Source: an uncultured Spirochaetota bacterium (GTDB lineage Bacteria; Spirochaetota; Spirochaetia; SZUA-6; Fen-1364). From it: a DNA stretch of 64,000 bases. Both the position numbers and the translations under genes were made by a program. Below, piece after piece: positions 1 through 9,740 of the stretch. How positions within the stretch are numbered: position 1 is the first letter of the stretch; every line of letters begins with the position of its first letter. The notes beneath the pieces were generated by a model. The model made no database searches and was not told the DNA's origin. It saw nothing but the letters and a program-made list of their open reading frames with translations. Location of the stretch: the NCBI GenBank assembly GCA_963781885.1, contig CAWAHW010000004.1:512001-576000 (forward strand), given 5' to 3'.

Positions 1-868
1 GGCGCGCCTTGGAGGCATTGTAGCGGAACCGTCGGATGAACGCCTCGACGTGGGCGATCTCTTCCTGCTGCGCGCGCCACCTCTCCATGATCGCCGCGAG
101 CTCCCGGGTGCGCATCTCCTCGTAGCGGGTGTAGTTGCCGGTGTAGACCGACACGTGCGCCATGTAGATTTCCGCCACGGAGCTCACGACCACGTCGAGG
201 AAATAGCGGTCGTGGGACACGAGCAGGAGGCCCCCCGGGTATTCCGCAAGGTACTGCTCCAGCCACGTGCGGGCCTCGATGTCCAGGTAGTTCGTCGGCT
301 CGTCGAGGAGGAGGATGTCGGGCGACTCGAGGATGGAACGGGCAAGGGCGATGCGCATCTGCCAGCCGGCGGAAAAAGCCGTGCACGGCTTTGCAAAGTC
401 CGCCCGGGAAAAACCCAGCCCCGCGAGCACCCGGTCCATCGCCTCCTCGCGCGCGTAGTAGCCGCTTGCCTCCAGCCGCTCCTGGAGGGTGCTGTGCCGG
501 AAGAGAAGACCGGCCTCCTCCGATGAGCCGGGTGACAGGCCGCCCAGCCTGTCTTCCACTTGTGCGAGCTCCTCCACGATTGCGCGTCCCCGGCCGAATG
601 CCTTTTCCGCCTCTTCCCGCAGGGAGCAGCCCGCCGGGACGACACCCGACTGCGGCACGTAGCTCACGCGGGTGTCCTTTTCCGGCACGACGGCGCCCGT
701 GTCGGGAAGGGACTGGCCGGCCATGATCCTCATGAGCGTGGTCTTGCCGCTGCCATTGGGCCCGACAAGCGCGGTGCGGGAGCCGGTGGCGATCGTGAGG
801 TTCACGGCGTCCAGGAGCCGCCGTTCCCCGAAGGCGACGCTTACGCCGGAGAGGCTGACGAGTGGCAT
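1..868 (-). CDS. ABC-F family ATP-binding protein (3' end runs off window)
   Basis: Own translation from ATG 868: MPLVSLSGVSVAFG..., Walker A GPNGSGKTT, signature FSAGWQMRIALAR, LLLDEPTNYLD, VSHDRYFLD. Absent from the ORF track because there is no stop in the window. Confidence 0.9.
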   Translation of the reverse strand, partial: MPLVSLSGVSVAFGERRLLDAVNLTIATGSRTALVGPNGSGKTTLMRIMAGQSLPDTGAVVPEKDTRVSYVPQSGVVPAGCSLREEAEKAFGRGRAIVEELAQVEDRLGGLSPGSSEEAGLLFRHSTLQERLEASGYYAREEAMDRVLAGLGFSRADFAKPCTAFSAGWQMRIALARSILESPDILLLDEPTNYLDIEARTWLEQYLAEYPGGLLLVSHDRYFLDVVVSSVAEIYMAHVSVYTGNYTRYEEMRTRELAAIMERWRAQQEEIAHVEAFIRRFRYNASKAR

Positions 869-874
869 CGGCTG

Positions 875-2179
875 CTACGGGGACTGGCTGAAGAAGATCA
901 CAGAGGGCGACGATCCGGGATGCGTGACCGTGAGGTCCTGCACGCTGTCCTTCGCGAGGGTGGTGAAGCGCAGGCCGCCACCGGCCGCTTTGTAGAGGAA
1001 GCTCACGCCGCCTTTCGTTGCGTCGTCAAAATTGAAGGTAAGCGCCCCGTCGTAGTCGGAGGCGATCTGCTTGCCGACCCGCAGCGTGAAATCCAGGCTG
1101 CCCTTCCCCTTCACGCCGGGCTCGATGTAGGCAGGCACAAGCGCCGCGTATCCCGTCCAGGTGAACCGCATGTCGGGCTGGAGGACGATCGTGCCGTACG
1201 CATTGCTCGTGAGGGTGGCCCCCGCCTTCGTGAGGGAGGCGTAGATATCGACGCGGCGCTGCTGCTCGTTTGCCACGATCTCGGCGATGTCGTCCTTCAT
1301 GGACACGTAGGTGTCCGTCTTCGGCTGGTCCTTGTAGCGCCACGTGACATTGATGCGCTGGTCGTCCAGCACGTCGATGCGCAGGTCGGTGCCGGTGAAG
1401 AGGTAGGAGGCGGCGCCCACCTTCTGCGGCTCGCCGGTGTAGTGGAACTCGAAGGTGGAGAGCGGGAGCACGAGCTTCATGACCCTGTCCGCGGGGCTGG
1501 GGAAGAGGCCGACATCCTCCCGCAGCATCGTGAGATCGATCGCGCCGCTTCCGATCATGTCCAGGAACCACGCGGGCCGCCACGTCGTTCCCATGATGCG
1601 CGCGAGCGTCTCATCCTGGCTCAAGATGGCGTTCATCTGCGGCGTGGGATCGCCGGCCGCCGTGAATACCTTCAGGAAATGCCCGAAGCAGAAGCCCGTG
1701 AAGCCATCCTCCGTGCTCACCTCGTACCAGTAGTCGGTGTACGGCTTCACCGTCGCCTGCTCGGCGGACCTGCCGATCACCTTCACGAGCTGCCGGTACT
1801 GGAGCTTGTAGATGGTCTTTCCTTCCGGGGCCGCCGCGTCGCGTATGGGAAGCGGGGGGCTGTCCTCCTTGACGACGACCGCCCACGTGCCCCGGTCCGC
1901 GGCATAGCGGGACGCGAAAGCTGCCGCCTCGCCCCGGCTCTTGAAGACCCGGATCCTGCCCGCGGGGTATTCGCGCGGCTTTGACTCCCCGGCGACGGAG
2001 ATGAGAAGCGTGGAGTCGATTGCGGACGATTGCCGCACGGCGACGACGACCCCTGTCTGCGGCTCTCCCGTGAGCTCCCCCCAGAGCACGACGCCATAGC
2101 CGACGGCGCGGCTTCCACAAGAGCCCAGGAGCAGCGCGCCGGACAACAGAAGCGAGCCGACGAGGATCTTGCGCAGCAT
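875..2179 (-). CDS. SH3-domain-containing lipoprotein (spirochaete-type)
   Basis: Signal peptide with lipobox LLLGSC from ATG 2179; bacterial SH3-like segment ...DYWYEVSTEDGFTGFCFG. Confidence 0.7.
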   Translation of the reverse strand: MLRKILVGSLLLSGALLLGSCGSRAVGYGVVLWGELTGEPQTGVVVAVRQSSAIDSTLLISVAGESKPREYPAGRIRVFKSRGEAAAFASRYAADRGTWAVVVKEDSPPLPIRDAAAPEGKTIYKLQYRQLVKVIGRSAEQATVKPYTDYWYEVSTEDGFTGFCFGHFLKVFTAAGDPTPQMNAILSQDETLARIMGTTWRPAWFLDMIGSGAIDLTMLREDVGLFPSPADRVMKLVLPLSTFEFHYTGEPQKVGAASYLFTGTDLRIDVLDDQRINVTWRYKDQPKTDTYVSMKDDIAEIVANEQQRRVDIYASLTKAGATLTSNAYGTIVLQPDMRFTWTGYAALVPAYIEPGVKGKGSLDFTLRVGKQIASDYDGALTFNFDDATKGGVSFLYKAAGGGLRFTTLAKDSVQDLTVTHPGSSPSVIFFSQSP

Positions 2180-2295
2180 GGTGGCAATACTGTTGCGGCG
2201 GGGCGATTTTTGCAAGTGGGGCCGCCCGCCGGCGCCGTGCTCACTTGCCCCGGGAGGGAAAAAAACGTATACACCACAACAAAGGAGAAATGCCG

Positions 2296-3522
2296 ATGGA
2301 TGCCCTTGAGGACCTGCGCGCGCGTTTGGCGGAAAAGAAGACCCAGATGATCGAGCTGCAGCGGGACCTCACGGCGGTTCCCGCCCTCGCCCCGCAGAGC
2401 GGCGGCACGGGCGAATGGGAGAAGGCCGCCGTTCTCACGAAATGGCTCGACCGCCTCGGCCTGGGACCGGTGGAGACGCATGCCGCCCCCGACGATCGTG
2501 TCCCGCGCGGGAACAGGCCCAACCTCGTCGTCACCATTCCGGGGCGACGGACGGATGCCAGCTTCTGGATCATGTCGCACCTGGATGTCGTGCCGCCCGG
2601 AGAGGCGTCGCTCTGGGAATCGGACCCCTACACCCTCGTGGTCAAGGGCGACCGTCTCATCGGGCGGGGCGTGGAAGACAACCAGCAGGGCCTCGTCTCC
2701 TCGGTGTTCGCGGCGGTGTGTCTGAAGGAAGCGGGGCTCACGCCCGACAGGACGGTCCGTCTGCTCTTCGTCGCCGATGAGGAGACCGGCTCGGAGAAGG
2801 GCGTCCAGTATCTCGTGGCAGAGACCGATCTCTTCGGGCCGCGGGACGTTGCGCTGGTTCCGGACGGCGGCTCGGCAGACGGCACGGAGATCGAGATCGC
2901 CGAGAAGAGCATCCTGTGGCTGAAATTCCGCATCAAAGGCCGGCAGTGCCATGCCTCCACCCCGCAGAAGGGCATCAATGCCTTCGAGGCAGGGTCGCAT
3001 CTCGTGGCGCGCCTGGGCGTGCTGCGGGAGCGCTACGCGGCGCATGACGGGCTCTTCGACCCGCCCGTGTCCACGTTCACGCCGACAAAGAAGGAAGCGA
3101 ATGTCCCCAACGTGAACACGCTTCCCGGTGAAGACGTGTTCTACCTCGATTGCCGCGTTCTGCCGCGGGAGAATCTCGACGAGGTCATGAGGACGATCCG
3201 CGGCATCTGCGACCAGGTGCAGACCGATTTCGGCGTGTCGATCGACATCCAGGAAGTGCAGCGCGCCTCTTCCCCCCCCACGCCGGCGAATGCGCCGTTC
3301 GTTGCCACGCTGAAGGGCGCGGTGAAGAGCGTCTATGGCGTGGAGGGAAAGACCATCGGCATCGGCGGCGGCACCGTGGGTGCGTTCCTCCGCAAGGAGG
3401 GCATCCCCACCGTTGTCTGGGGCAGGATCGCCGAGACGGCGCACCAGCCCAACGAGTACTGCCTCATCGACAATCTCATCGGCGATGCTCTTGTCATGGC
3501 CGTCATGATGCTCGCGCCATAA
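2296..3522 (+). CDS. M20 family metallo-hydrolase (DapE/ArgE-like)
   Basis: SHLDVVP, GRGVEDN, DEETG, GGGT and AHQPNE motifs; SD AGGAG upstream. Confidence 0.9.
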   Translation: MDALEDLRARLAEKKTQMIELQRDLTAVPALAPQSGGTGEWEKAAVLTKWLDRLGLGPVETHAAPDDRVPRGNRPNLVVTIPGRRTDASFWIMSHLDVVPPGEASLWESDPYTLVVKGDRLIGRGVEDNQQGLVSSVFAAVCLKEAGLTPDRTVRLLFVADEETGSEKGVQYLVAETDLFGPRDVALVPDGGSADGTEIEIAEKSILWLKFRIKGRQCHASTPQKGINAFEAGSHLVARLGVLRERYAAHDGLFDPPVSTFTPTKKEANVPNVNTLPGEDVFYLDCRVLPRENLDEVMRTIRGICDQVQTDFGVSIDIQEVQRASSPPTPANAPFVATLKGAVKSVYGVEGKTIGIGGGTVGAFLRKEGIPTVVWGRIAETAHQPNEYCLIDNLIGDALVMAVMMLAP

Positions 3523-3564
3523 TAGGGTGGGCTTGTCCGGGCGTGCGCCACGGACCGGATCCGC

Positions 3565-4110
3565 TCAGGTGCTCCGCGTCGCAAAGCGCGCGTCCACGGG
3601 AACGCCCCTGAAACGCGTGGCGGCATACCGGCCAATAATGTGGGAATCCGCTTCGAATGCCATCTCAGGAAGCGGTCCTTCGAGCGGAATCCAGGCGCAC
3701 GCGTCCACGTCGTCGCCCGGGCGGGCAGCAATGCCGGGGGAGACGGGATGCGCCAGGAGAACGACGACCAGGCTGTGGAGCCGCGGCGTGAGGAAATTGG
3801 ACACGACGCTCAGGATCGAATCGATGCAGATGTCCAGACCCGTCTCCTCCCTCACCTCGCGCAGCCCTGCGGTCAGAAAGTCCTCTTCGAACTCGATGAA
3901 GCCGCCGGGAAGGCACCATGCTCCTCCCCGGAATCTCCCTTCTGCCCTCCGCGCCAATAGGATACGACGGTCATTCTCGATCAGAACGACGACGCCCGGG
4001 AAGGGATTGCGGGCAGCCGGGGGGGCTTCCGTCCTGGCATTCTCATCATGCGCCCCGAAGACCTGGATCGTCGCGGGATCAGGCCCGTTTCCTCTCGGCT
4101 TGCGCGACAT
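3565..4110 (-). CDS. NUDIX hydrolase
   Basis: Nudix box GGFIEFEEDFLTAGLREVREETGL. Confidence 0.9.
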   Translation of the reverse strand: MSRKPRGNGPDPATIQVFGAHDENARTEAPPAARNPFPGVVVLIENDRRILLARRAEGRFRGGAWCLPGGFIEFEEDFLTAGLREVREETGLDICIDSILSVVSNFLTPRLHSLVVVLLAHPVSPGIAARPGDDVDACAWIPLEGPLPEMAFEADSHIIGRYAATRFRGVPVDARFATRST

Positions 4111-4122
4111 TTCGCCCGCCCG

Positions 4123-4992
4123 CTACTTCAGGCTTTCATAGACGATGCAGATTTTGCCCTGCCGGAGGAGCTCGATATTCTCCGGCAGCGCCAGGAGCTG
4201 GTGCGCGCCATCGGTCGAGATGATGATGTCCGTGCTCGCCTCGCCGCGGACGCCGCGCGCGGCAAGCCGCAGCGGAAGTGCGCCGACGCGCAGGTCGAAG
4301 GCCGGGTCATCGACGTCCTCGGAGTAGCCCACTTCTCCCCACCGGGAAAGCGCGTCGGGATCGCACATCGACCTGTCCAGCACGAGATCCATCTGCTCGT
4401 CCCAGATCCGGGGGAAGAGCGCGGGACGGGCGGCGAGCATGCGGGTGGTGCCGGCCTCGGGCAGCATTCCTTTTGCGAAGATGAGAAGGCCCGTGTATTT
4501 CCTCGTCGTCACGTCCCCCAGCCAGCGTCGGATGGGCGTCGCGGCCGCGGGAACGAGGGGAACGGCAATGCCCTGGGCGCCGAAAAGCGGCAGCGTGTAG
4601 CGGGCGACGAGCACCGTGAGGTCCGTCGTGAGGAAAAGCTCCGAGGGCCGGACGGCTAGCGCCGTGTCGTTCACCCGGGCAAAGAGCGCCGGGTCGGCGG
4701 AGAGCATGTCCGCGTACAGATGGGTGGAGTCGACGCGGAGGGGCGAGATGACGCGGGTGAGGAGGTCCGGCATGCGGGCATCCAGGAATGCCTCCGCGTC
4801 CCCCTTCGCACGGACCGGTGAAGGGACGGCGGGGTCAAGAGTCCGCCGCGCCTCAACCGTGATGTTTCCCGCGACCCAGTCGACGCTGCTCGTGACGGTG
4901 AAACCCGGCTCGTCAATGAGCGGGGCAGCGCCCGCCGCGACGGGCAGCACGACTGCCAGGGCGATGAAGAAGGCCGGGAGGTGTTTTTTCAT
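4123..4992 (-). CDS. Exported conserved hypothetical protein (LPP20-associated C-terminal-like)
   Basis: Signal peptide; YTGLLIFAKG...PALFPRIWDE segment; start overlaps upstream stop. Confidence 0.6.
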   Translation of the reverse strand: MKKHLPAFFIALAVVLPVAAGAAPLIDEPGFTVTSSVDWVAGNITVEARRTLDPAVPSPVRAKGDAEAFLDARMPDLLTRVISPLRVDSTHLYADMLSADPALFARVNDTALAVRPSELFLTTDLTVLVARYTLPLFGAQGIAVPLVPAAATPIRRWLGDVTTRKYTGLLIFAKGMLPEAGTTRMLAARPALFPRIWDEQMDLVLDRSMCDPDALSRWGEVGYSEDVDDPAFDLRVGALPLRLAARGVRGEASTDIIISTDGAHQLLALPENIELLRQGKICIVYESLK

Positions 4993-6098
4993 TGCGTGCT
5001 CCGGACGGGAAGAACGGGGATAAGAAGCCTCGCGCCGATCTGGAGGAAACGGGGATCGATGCGCGGGTTGAACTCGCCGATCATCTCGACGCTCACGCCG
5101 TAGAGGCGGGACAGGCCGTAGAGTGTGTCCCCCTTGGCCACGACGTGGACGCGGAATTCCAGGAGGGGCATGGACGTGCCGGCGAGCGCCTGTTCCACCG
5201 CATCGGCATCGGCCTCAGGAACCTTCAGTGAGTATGAATAGGAGGCGGGTGGCGTCACGAGGAAATTCAGCTCGGGGTTCGCCGCAACGAGATCCGCCAG
5301 GGGAACACCTGACGCGTGGGCAAGCAGGCGCAAGTCCACGCACCTGTCCAGCGCCACCATGCGGGGCTCCGGCGGCGGGGGGTCCCACCCCACGACAAGA
5401 CCGTAGCGCCCCGGGTGGCTGAAGATCATGCTGAGGGCGAGAAACTCGGGCACGAATGAAGCAGTCTCGCGCGGGAGCACGCCTTTCCTCCTCAGGGCCC
5501 AGTAATCGGCACCGGGGTTGCGCCGCATGATCGCCGACAGCTGCCCGACGCCGCAGTTGTATGCCGCAAGCGCGAGGTACCAGTCGCCGAAATACGCGCG
5601 GTTTTCCGCGAGCTTGGAAATCGACGCCCCGGTCGCCTTCCACGCGTCCCGCCGCTCGTCCAGCCAGAGGTCCATCCGCAGGCCGTACGGAGAGGCGGTA
5701 TTCCGCATGAGCTGCCAGAGACCCGTGGCACCCTGCGGGGAGACGGCGCGCGCCTGGAAGCCCGACTCCACCGCGGGCAGGAACTGCAGCTCGCGGGGCA
5801 GCCCCCGGGCCGCCAGCTCCGCGGCGATCATGGGCCGGTAGCGCGCGCTGGTGTCCAGGACGGCCTGCAGCCAGGTCCCCTGCCTGGCAAGGTAGCCCTG
5901 CACGAAGCTGCCAATGACATCTTCGTCAGGTATGGGGATGGAGTATACCTCCGTCCCCTCGTGGCCCTGGACCGGGGGCAGGGGCTCGTCGGGCACCGCA
6001 GCGCGCACGGGCGCCTCCTCGCCCCAGAGCGACGGGGCGAGCGCCAAAAACGCGACGAGCGCCGCTAGAGCTTTTCGCCGAAGTAGATACCGGCCCAT
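4989..6098 (-). CDS. MltD-like lytic transglycosylase with C-terminal LysM
   Basis: SLT motifs AVESG, ATGLWQLM, ALAAYNCG; LysM HVVAKGDTLYGLSRLYGVS; start reassigned to ATG 6098. Confidence 0.9.
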   Translation of the reverse strand: MGRYLLRRKALAALVAFLALAPSLWGEEAPVRAAVPDEPLPPVQGHEGTEVYSIPIPDEDVIGSFVQGYLARQGTWLQAVLDTSARYRPMIAAELAARGLPRELQFLPAVESGFQARAVSPQGATGLWQLMRNTASPYGLRMDLWLDERRDAWKATGASISKLAENRAYFGDWYLALAAYNCGVGQLSAIMRRNPGADYWALRRKGVLPRETASFVPEFLALSMIFSHPGRYGLVVGWDPPPPEPRMVALDRCVDLRLLAHASGVPLADLVAANPELNFLVTPPASYSYSLKVPEADADAVEQALAGTSMPLLEFRVHVVAKGDTLYGLSRLYGVSVEMIGEFNPRIDPRFLQIGARLLIPVLPVRSTQ

Positions 6099-7099
6099 TC
6101 CCACTGGCCGTTGACGTCCGGATTTGCCGGAAAATCCACCTGGCGGAAATACAGGTACCAGGTGCCGGGCCGGAAGTTCCAACCCGTCGTGCGGAGTGTC
6201 GCCTCGCGGCCGTTGGCCGCGATGTCGAGCTGACTGTCGATGGAGACGTTGGAGGTGGGCAGGTAATTGACGATGTTGTAGTTCACCGTCTCGTCTACGA
6301 TGACCTGCGTCTGGTCCCACGGCTCCTGGAAGAAGTTCACGGCGGCCTGGTACTTGCGGAGCTTGGCGATGTTCTTCGTGACGATGGCATCCCGCACCGC
6401 CGCGACCAGGTCATCGAGGTCGGGCAGCAGCCAGGTCTTGTTTTCCGCGTTGTAAAAGTTGACCTTCTCGGAGGCTTCCCGCAGCTTCAGGGTGTCGGCG
6501 GAAATGTCGGCGTCGATCGAGCCGACGTATTTCTGATACGCCTGGATCGACTGCTCCCACTCCCCCACCTCCTCGTAGCTCTTCGCCATGTAGTACCAGT
6601 TGATGCCGGGGCTCTGATCGGGAAAGCGCGAGAACAACTCCTTATAGTCGGCGATCTTCGCATCGGGATCGCTCTCCAGCGTCAGCAGCTCCTGGAGGCA
6701 CTGCAGGTGGATGGAGGTGCCCTTCACCAGGAGGTCCCCGTAGTTGGAGAGAATCCTACGATAGTAATGCACCGCGATCGGCGACGCGCGCATGTCCTTG
6801 TAGGCGTCAGCCACCAGGAGCAAGTAGTAGCCGTTGAAGACGTCATCCGGATTCTTCTCCACGTGCGTCGTGAGGAAGAGGATTTCCCTGTCGATGAGCC
6901 CCTCGTTTGCCAGCCCCGCGGCGATCTGGGTGATGAGGACGAACCTGTTCTCCTGATCCTTTGCCTTAGCGAAAAGGTTGAAGAGCTCCCGGAGTTCCTT
7001 GTTCTGCTCGAATGCGCCCAGGTAGTAGCGCGTGTCCGACACGGCGCATCCCGCGAGCGCGGCAACGAGCGCGATGAGCACGAAAAGGCGTCTTGCCAT
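6065..7099 (-). CDS. TPR lipoprotein
   Basis: Lipobox LAGC; TPR-like helices (WYYMAKSYEEVGEWEQSIQAYQKY). Confidence 0.75.
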   Translation of the reverse strand: MARRLFVLIALVAALAGCAVSDTRYYLGAFEQNKELRELFNLFAKAKDQENRFVLITQIAAGLANEGLIDREILFLTTHVEKNPDDVFNGYYLLLVADAYKDMRASPIAVHYYRRILSNYGDLLVKGTSIHLQCLQELLTLESDPDAKIADYKELFSRFPDQSPGINWYYMAKSYEEVGEWEQSIQAYQKYVGSIDADISADTLKLREASEKVNFYNAENKTWLLPDLDDLVAAVRDAIVTKNIAKLRKYQAAVNFFQEPWDQTQVIVDETVNYNIVNYLPTSNVSIDSQLDIAANGREATLRTTGWNFRPGTWYLYFRQVDFPANPDVNGQWEWAGIYFGEKL

Positions 7100-7111
7100 T
7101 GCCGTTGCGGG

Positions 7112-7162
7112 ATAGTAGCAGGAAGCGATGCCGTTGGCAAGGCGGGCGCCATCTGATAGTAT
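7112..7162. promoter_or_regulatory. Back-to-back sigma70 promoters with overlapping -35 elements
   Basis: Minus: TTGCCA-17-TACTAT (7140>7112); plus: TTGGCA-17-TAGTAT (7134-7162). Confidence 0.6.
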
Positions 7163-7176
7163 GAGCCCGCATTCCT

Positions 7177-7785
7177 ATGGTGAATCGACCCCCCCAGAGA
7201 TCTCCCCGAACGCCGCGTCGAAAAACGCCCCCGTTGCCTGCACGCAAGGCGCGGCCGCCTCGCTATCCGAACAAGCTTCTCGTCGGCGGCGTCGCGGTCT
7301 TCGTTGCCGGCGGGGTCCTCCTCCTCTGGAACCTCGGCTACCTGCCGCAGCCGGGACGCCTCTGGCCCGTACCCGTCATCATCGTCGGCCTTTTCTTCCT
7401 CTACATGGCGTGGCCGCGCGGCCGATCCGACCACTGGATCATCCCGGGCATGATCCTCACGCTCGGGGGAATCGTCTTCCTCCTCATGAACACCGTCTTG
7501 AGCGCCCAGAGCCTCGAACGCATCTGGCCCGCATTCATGCTCGTCACAGGAGTGTCGCTCGTGCCCTACGCCTACCGCAAACGCGGATCCGCACGGATCG
7601 CGATCATCATACCGGCGCTCTTCATCTCTTTCCTTGCGCTGGTCTTCCTCCCCTTCAGCCTCCACCGCACCGGTGGGGGCTTCGCCGCATTCGTGCGGCA
7701 ATGGTGGCCGGTCATCCCGCTGATACTCGGGATCGCCCTGGTCGTTTCATTTTTCAGCGCCCGGCGGCCGAGTAGTAAGGTATGA
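7177..7785 (+). CDS. Membrane protein, LiaI/LiaF-TM (DUF5668)-like repeats
   Basis: Repeated 'W-P-x-x-I-I-x-G' transmembrane units. Confidence 0.7.
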   Translation: MVNRPPQRSPRTPRRKTPPLPARKARPPRYPNKLLVGGVAVFVAGGVLLLWNLGYLPQPGRLWPVPVIIVGLFFLYMAWPRGRSDHWIIPGMILTLGGIVFLLMNTVLSAQSLERIWPAFMLVTGVSLVPYAYRKRGSARIAIIIPALFISFLALVFLPFSLHRTGGGFAAFVRQWWPVIPLILGIALVVSFFSARRPSSKV

Positions 7786-9740
7786 ACAAGCGGCGCATCC
7801 TCATCATCGCCGTGGCGGTGATGTTCCTGTCCTCCGCGGGCATCGTCACTTTCCTGAGCGCCCAGGAAGGCGCCCCCGCGGCGGCACCGAAGAAGGCGCC
7901 CGTGCCGCTGGAGACGCGATTCGCCCCGGACCGGATCTATCGGACGGAAAGCGGGGCCATCTGGCGCATCTCCCACGACGAAGGCATCCTCGTGTCCATC
8001 GACGGCGGGGCGACGTGGGGCTCGCGCGTGGAAGGTCTTCCCACGCGTGCGGTCTATCCCTTCCTCCACGACATGCCGCCGATCATCACGGGCTTCGCCG
8101 TCGATCCCCTGAACAACGACCGCGTCGGCATCTCCACGCTGGACACCGTCTTCCTCTCGGGCGACGGGGGTCTCTCGTGGGAGAAGGTGGAGCTGAAGGA
8201 TCCCATCAGATCGAACGACCAGCTCACCTGCATCGCCCTGGCGCCCGGAAACCCCGACGTCTTCAGCGTCGGCACGTCGTTCCACGGATTCTTCGAGAGT
8301 TTGAACAGGGGCAAGTCGTGGACGTCCCTCTCCGAGCCGCTTGCGCCGCTGAAGCTCGGCGGCGGCACGTATGAAGAGATCGCCTCCATTGCGTACGACC
8401 CCACGGACATCACGCGCATCTGGTTCAGCCTCGGTTTCGGCAAGGGGGTGTTCGTCTACCGCAAGGGCGGAAAGACCGTGGACCGCAACGACCTGCCGTC
8501 CAGCCCGTACGCGACCCCCGTGCGGGACATCGGTTTCAGCAGGGAATCACCCACGGACGGCTGGATGCTCACCGCGCGCACGGACACGGCGCGCTGGGAA
8601 TGCCCGTCCGGCGGCGACTGGAAGATGGTGGACACCTTTCAGAGCCAGACGGCCCTCCCGGACGACAAGGCCGCGCGGCTGGCAAAGGCCGCCAACAAGT
8701 ACGGCATCTACGTCTCCTCCTTCTTCGCGTCGGGCAAGAAGCTGCAATCCCACCTCGACTTCCTGAAGGCGCAGGGTCTCAACGCTTTCGTGGTTGATTT
8801 CAAGGACGACAACGGCTTCCTCACCTACGACACCGCTCTTCCCGAGCCCAAACGCATTGGGGCGATACAGAAGCGATTCTCCATCGAAGACCTGGTCAAG
8901 ACGGCGCACGACAATGGGCTGTACGTGATCGGGCGCATCGTCGTCTTCCGCGACAAACAGCTCTACAACTCGGACAGGTTCGTCTGGGCCGCGTGGAACG
9001 CGGGCATCAAGGGGCCGTGGCGCTACGTGAAGACGTCGGTCGACGCGGACACCGGTGAGGAAACCTCCTACCAGGGAGAATACTGGGTCGACCCGTACTC
9101 CGAGCACGTCTGGGACTACAACATCGCCATCGCACGGGAGCTCCAGGACAAGGGCGTCGACGAGGTGCAATTCGACTACATCCGCTTCCCCTCGGACGGC
9201 GATATCGGCAGCATCACGTGGCGTTATCGCAAGCCGGGCATGGGCAAGATGGAGGCGCTGGAATCCTTCCTTGCCAAGGCGCGGGAAAGCCTCACCATTC
9301 CCATCTCCACCGACGTGTACGGCTACTGCGGCTGGGCGCGCATCTCCAACTGGGTCGCGCAGAACATCGAGATGTATTCGCGCTACGTCGACGTCATCCA
9401 GCCGATGTTCTATCCCTCCCATTTCCCCCGCGATTTCCTGGGCACGATGGAGTACCTTCCCCGCGCGAAATACATCTACCAGGAAGGCACGAAGCGCTCC
9501 GCCTACATCGTGGAGGGACGCAGCGTGATCCGACCCTACGTCCAGGCATTCCGCCTGGGCGCGGAGACAAGCTTCACGCCCGCCGTGTATTCCACCTATC
9601 TCCTGAACCAGGTCAATGGAAGCCTGGAAGGGGCAGGGTCGGGATTCACGATGTGGAATGCCTCCAACGACTACTACATGGTCACCGTCCCGCTGGGACC
9701 CATCATCACGGCTGCCAAGGGCCCGGAGGCGCTGCGGTGA
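7782..9740 (+). CDS. Exported putative glycoside hydrolase (Asp-box propeller + DUF4015-like TIM barrel)
   Basis: Asp boxes SIDGGATW, SGDGGLSW, SLNRGKSW; VVDFKDDNG, GRIVVFRD, WVDPY, DEVQFDYIRFP. Confidence 0.8.
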   Translation: MNKRRILIIAVAVMFLSSAGIVTFLSAQEGAPAAAPKKAPVPLETRFAPDRIYRTESGAIWRISHDEGILVSIDGGATWGSRVEGLPTRAVYPFLHDMPPIITGFAVDPLNNDRVGISTLDTVFLSGDGGLSWEKVELKDPIRSNDQLTCIALAPGNPDVFSVGTSFHGFFESLNRGKSWTSLSEPLAPLKLGGGTYEEIASIAYDPTDITRIWFSLGFGKGVFVYRKGGKTVDRNDLPSSPYATPVRDIGFSRESPTDGWMLTARTDTARWECPSGGDWKMVDTFQSQTALPDDKAARLAKAANKYGIYVSSFFASGKKLQSHLDFLKAQGLNAFVVDFKDDNGFLTYDTALPEPKRIGAIQKRFSIEDLVKTAHDNGLYVIGRIVVFRDKQLYNSDRFVWAAWNAGIKGPWRYVKTSVDADTGEETSYQGEYWVDPYSEHVWDYNIAIARELQDKGVDEVQFDYIRFPSDGDIGSITWRYRKPGMGKMEALESFLAKARESLTIPISTDVYGYCGWARISNWVAQNIEMYSRYVDVIQPMFYPSHFPRDFLGTMEYLPRAKYIYQEGTKRSAYIVEGRSVIRPYVQAFRLGAETSFTPAVYSTYLLNQVNGSLEGAGSGFTMWNASNDYYMVTVPLGPIITAAKGPEALR

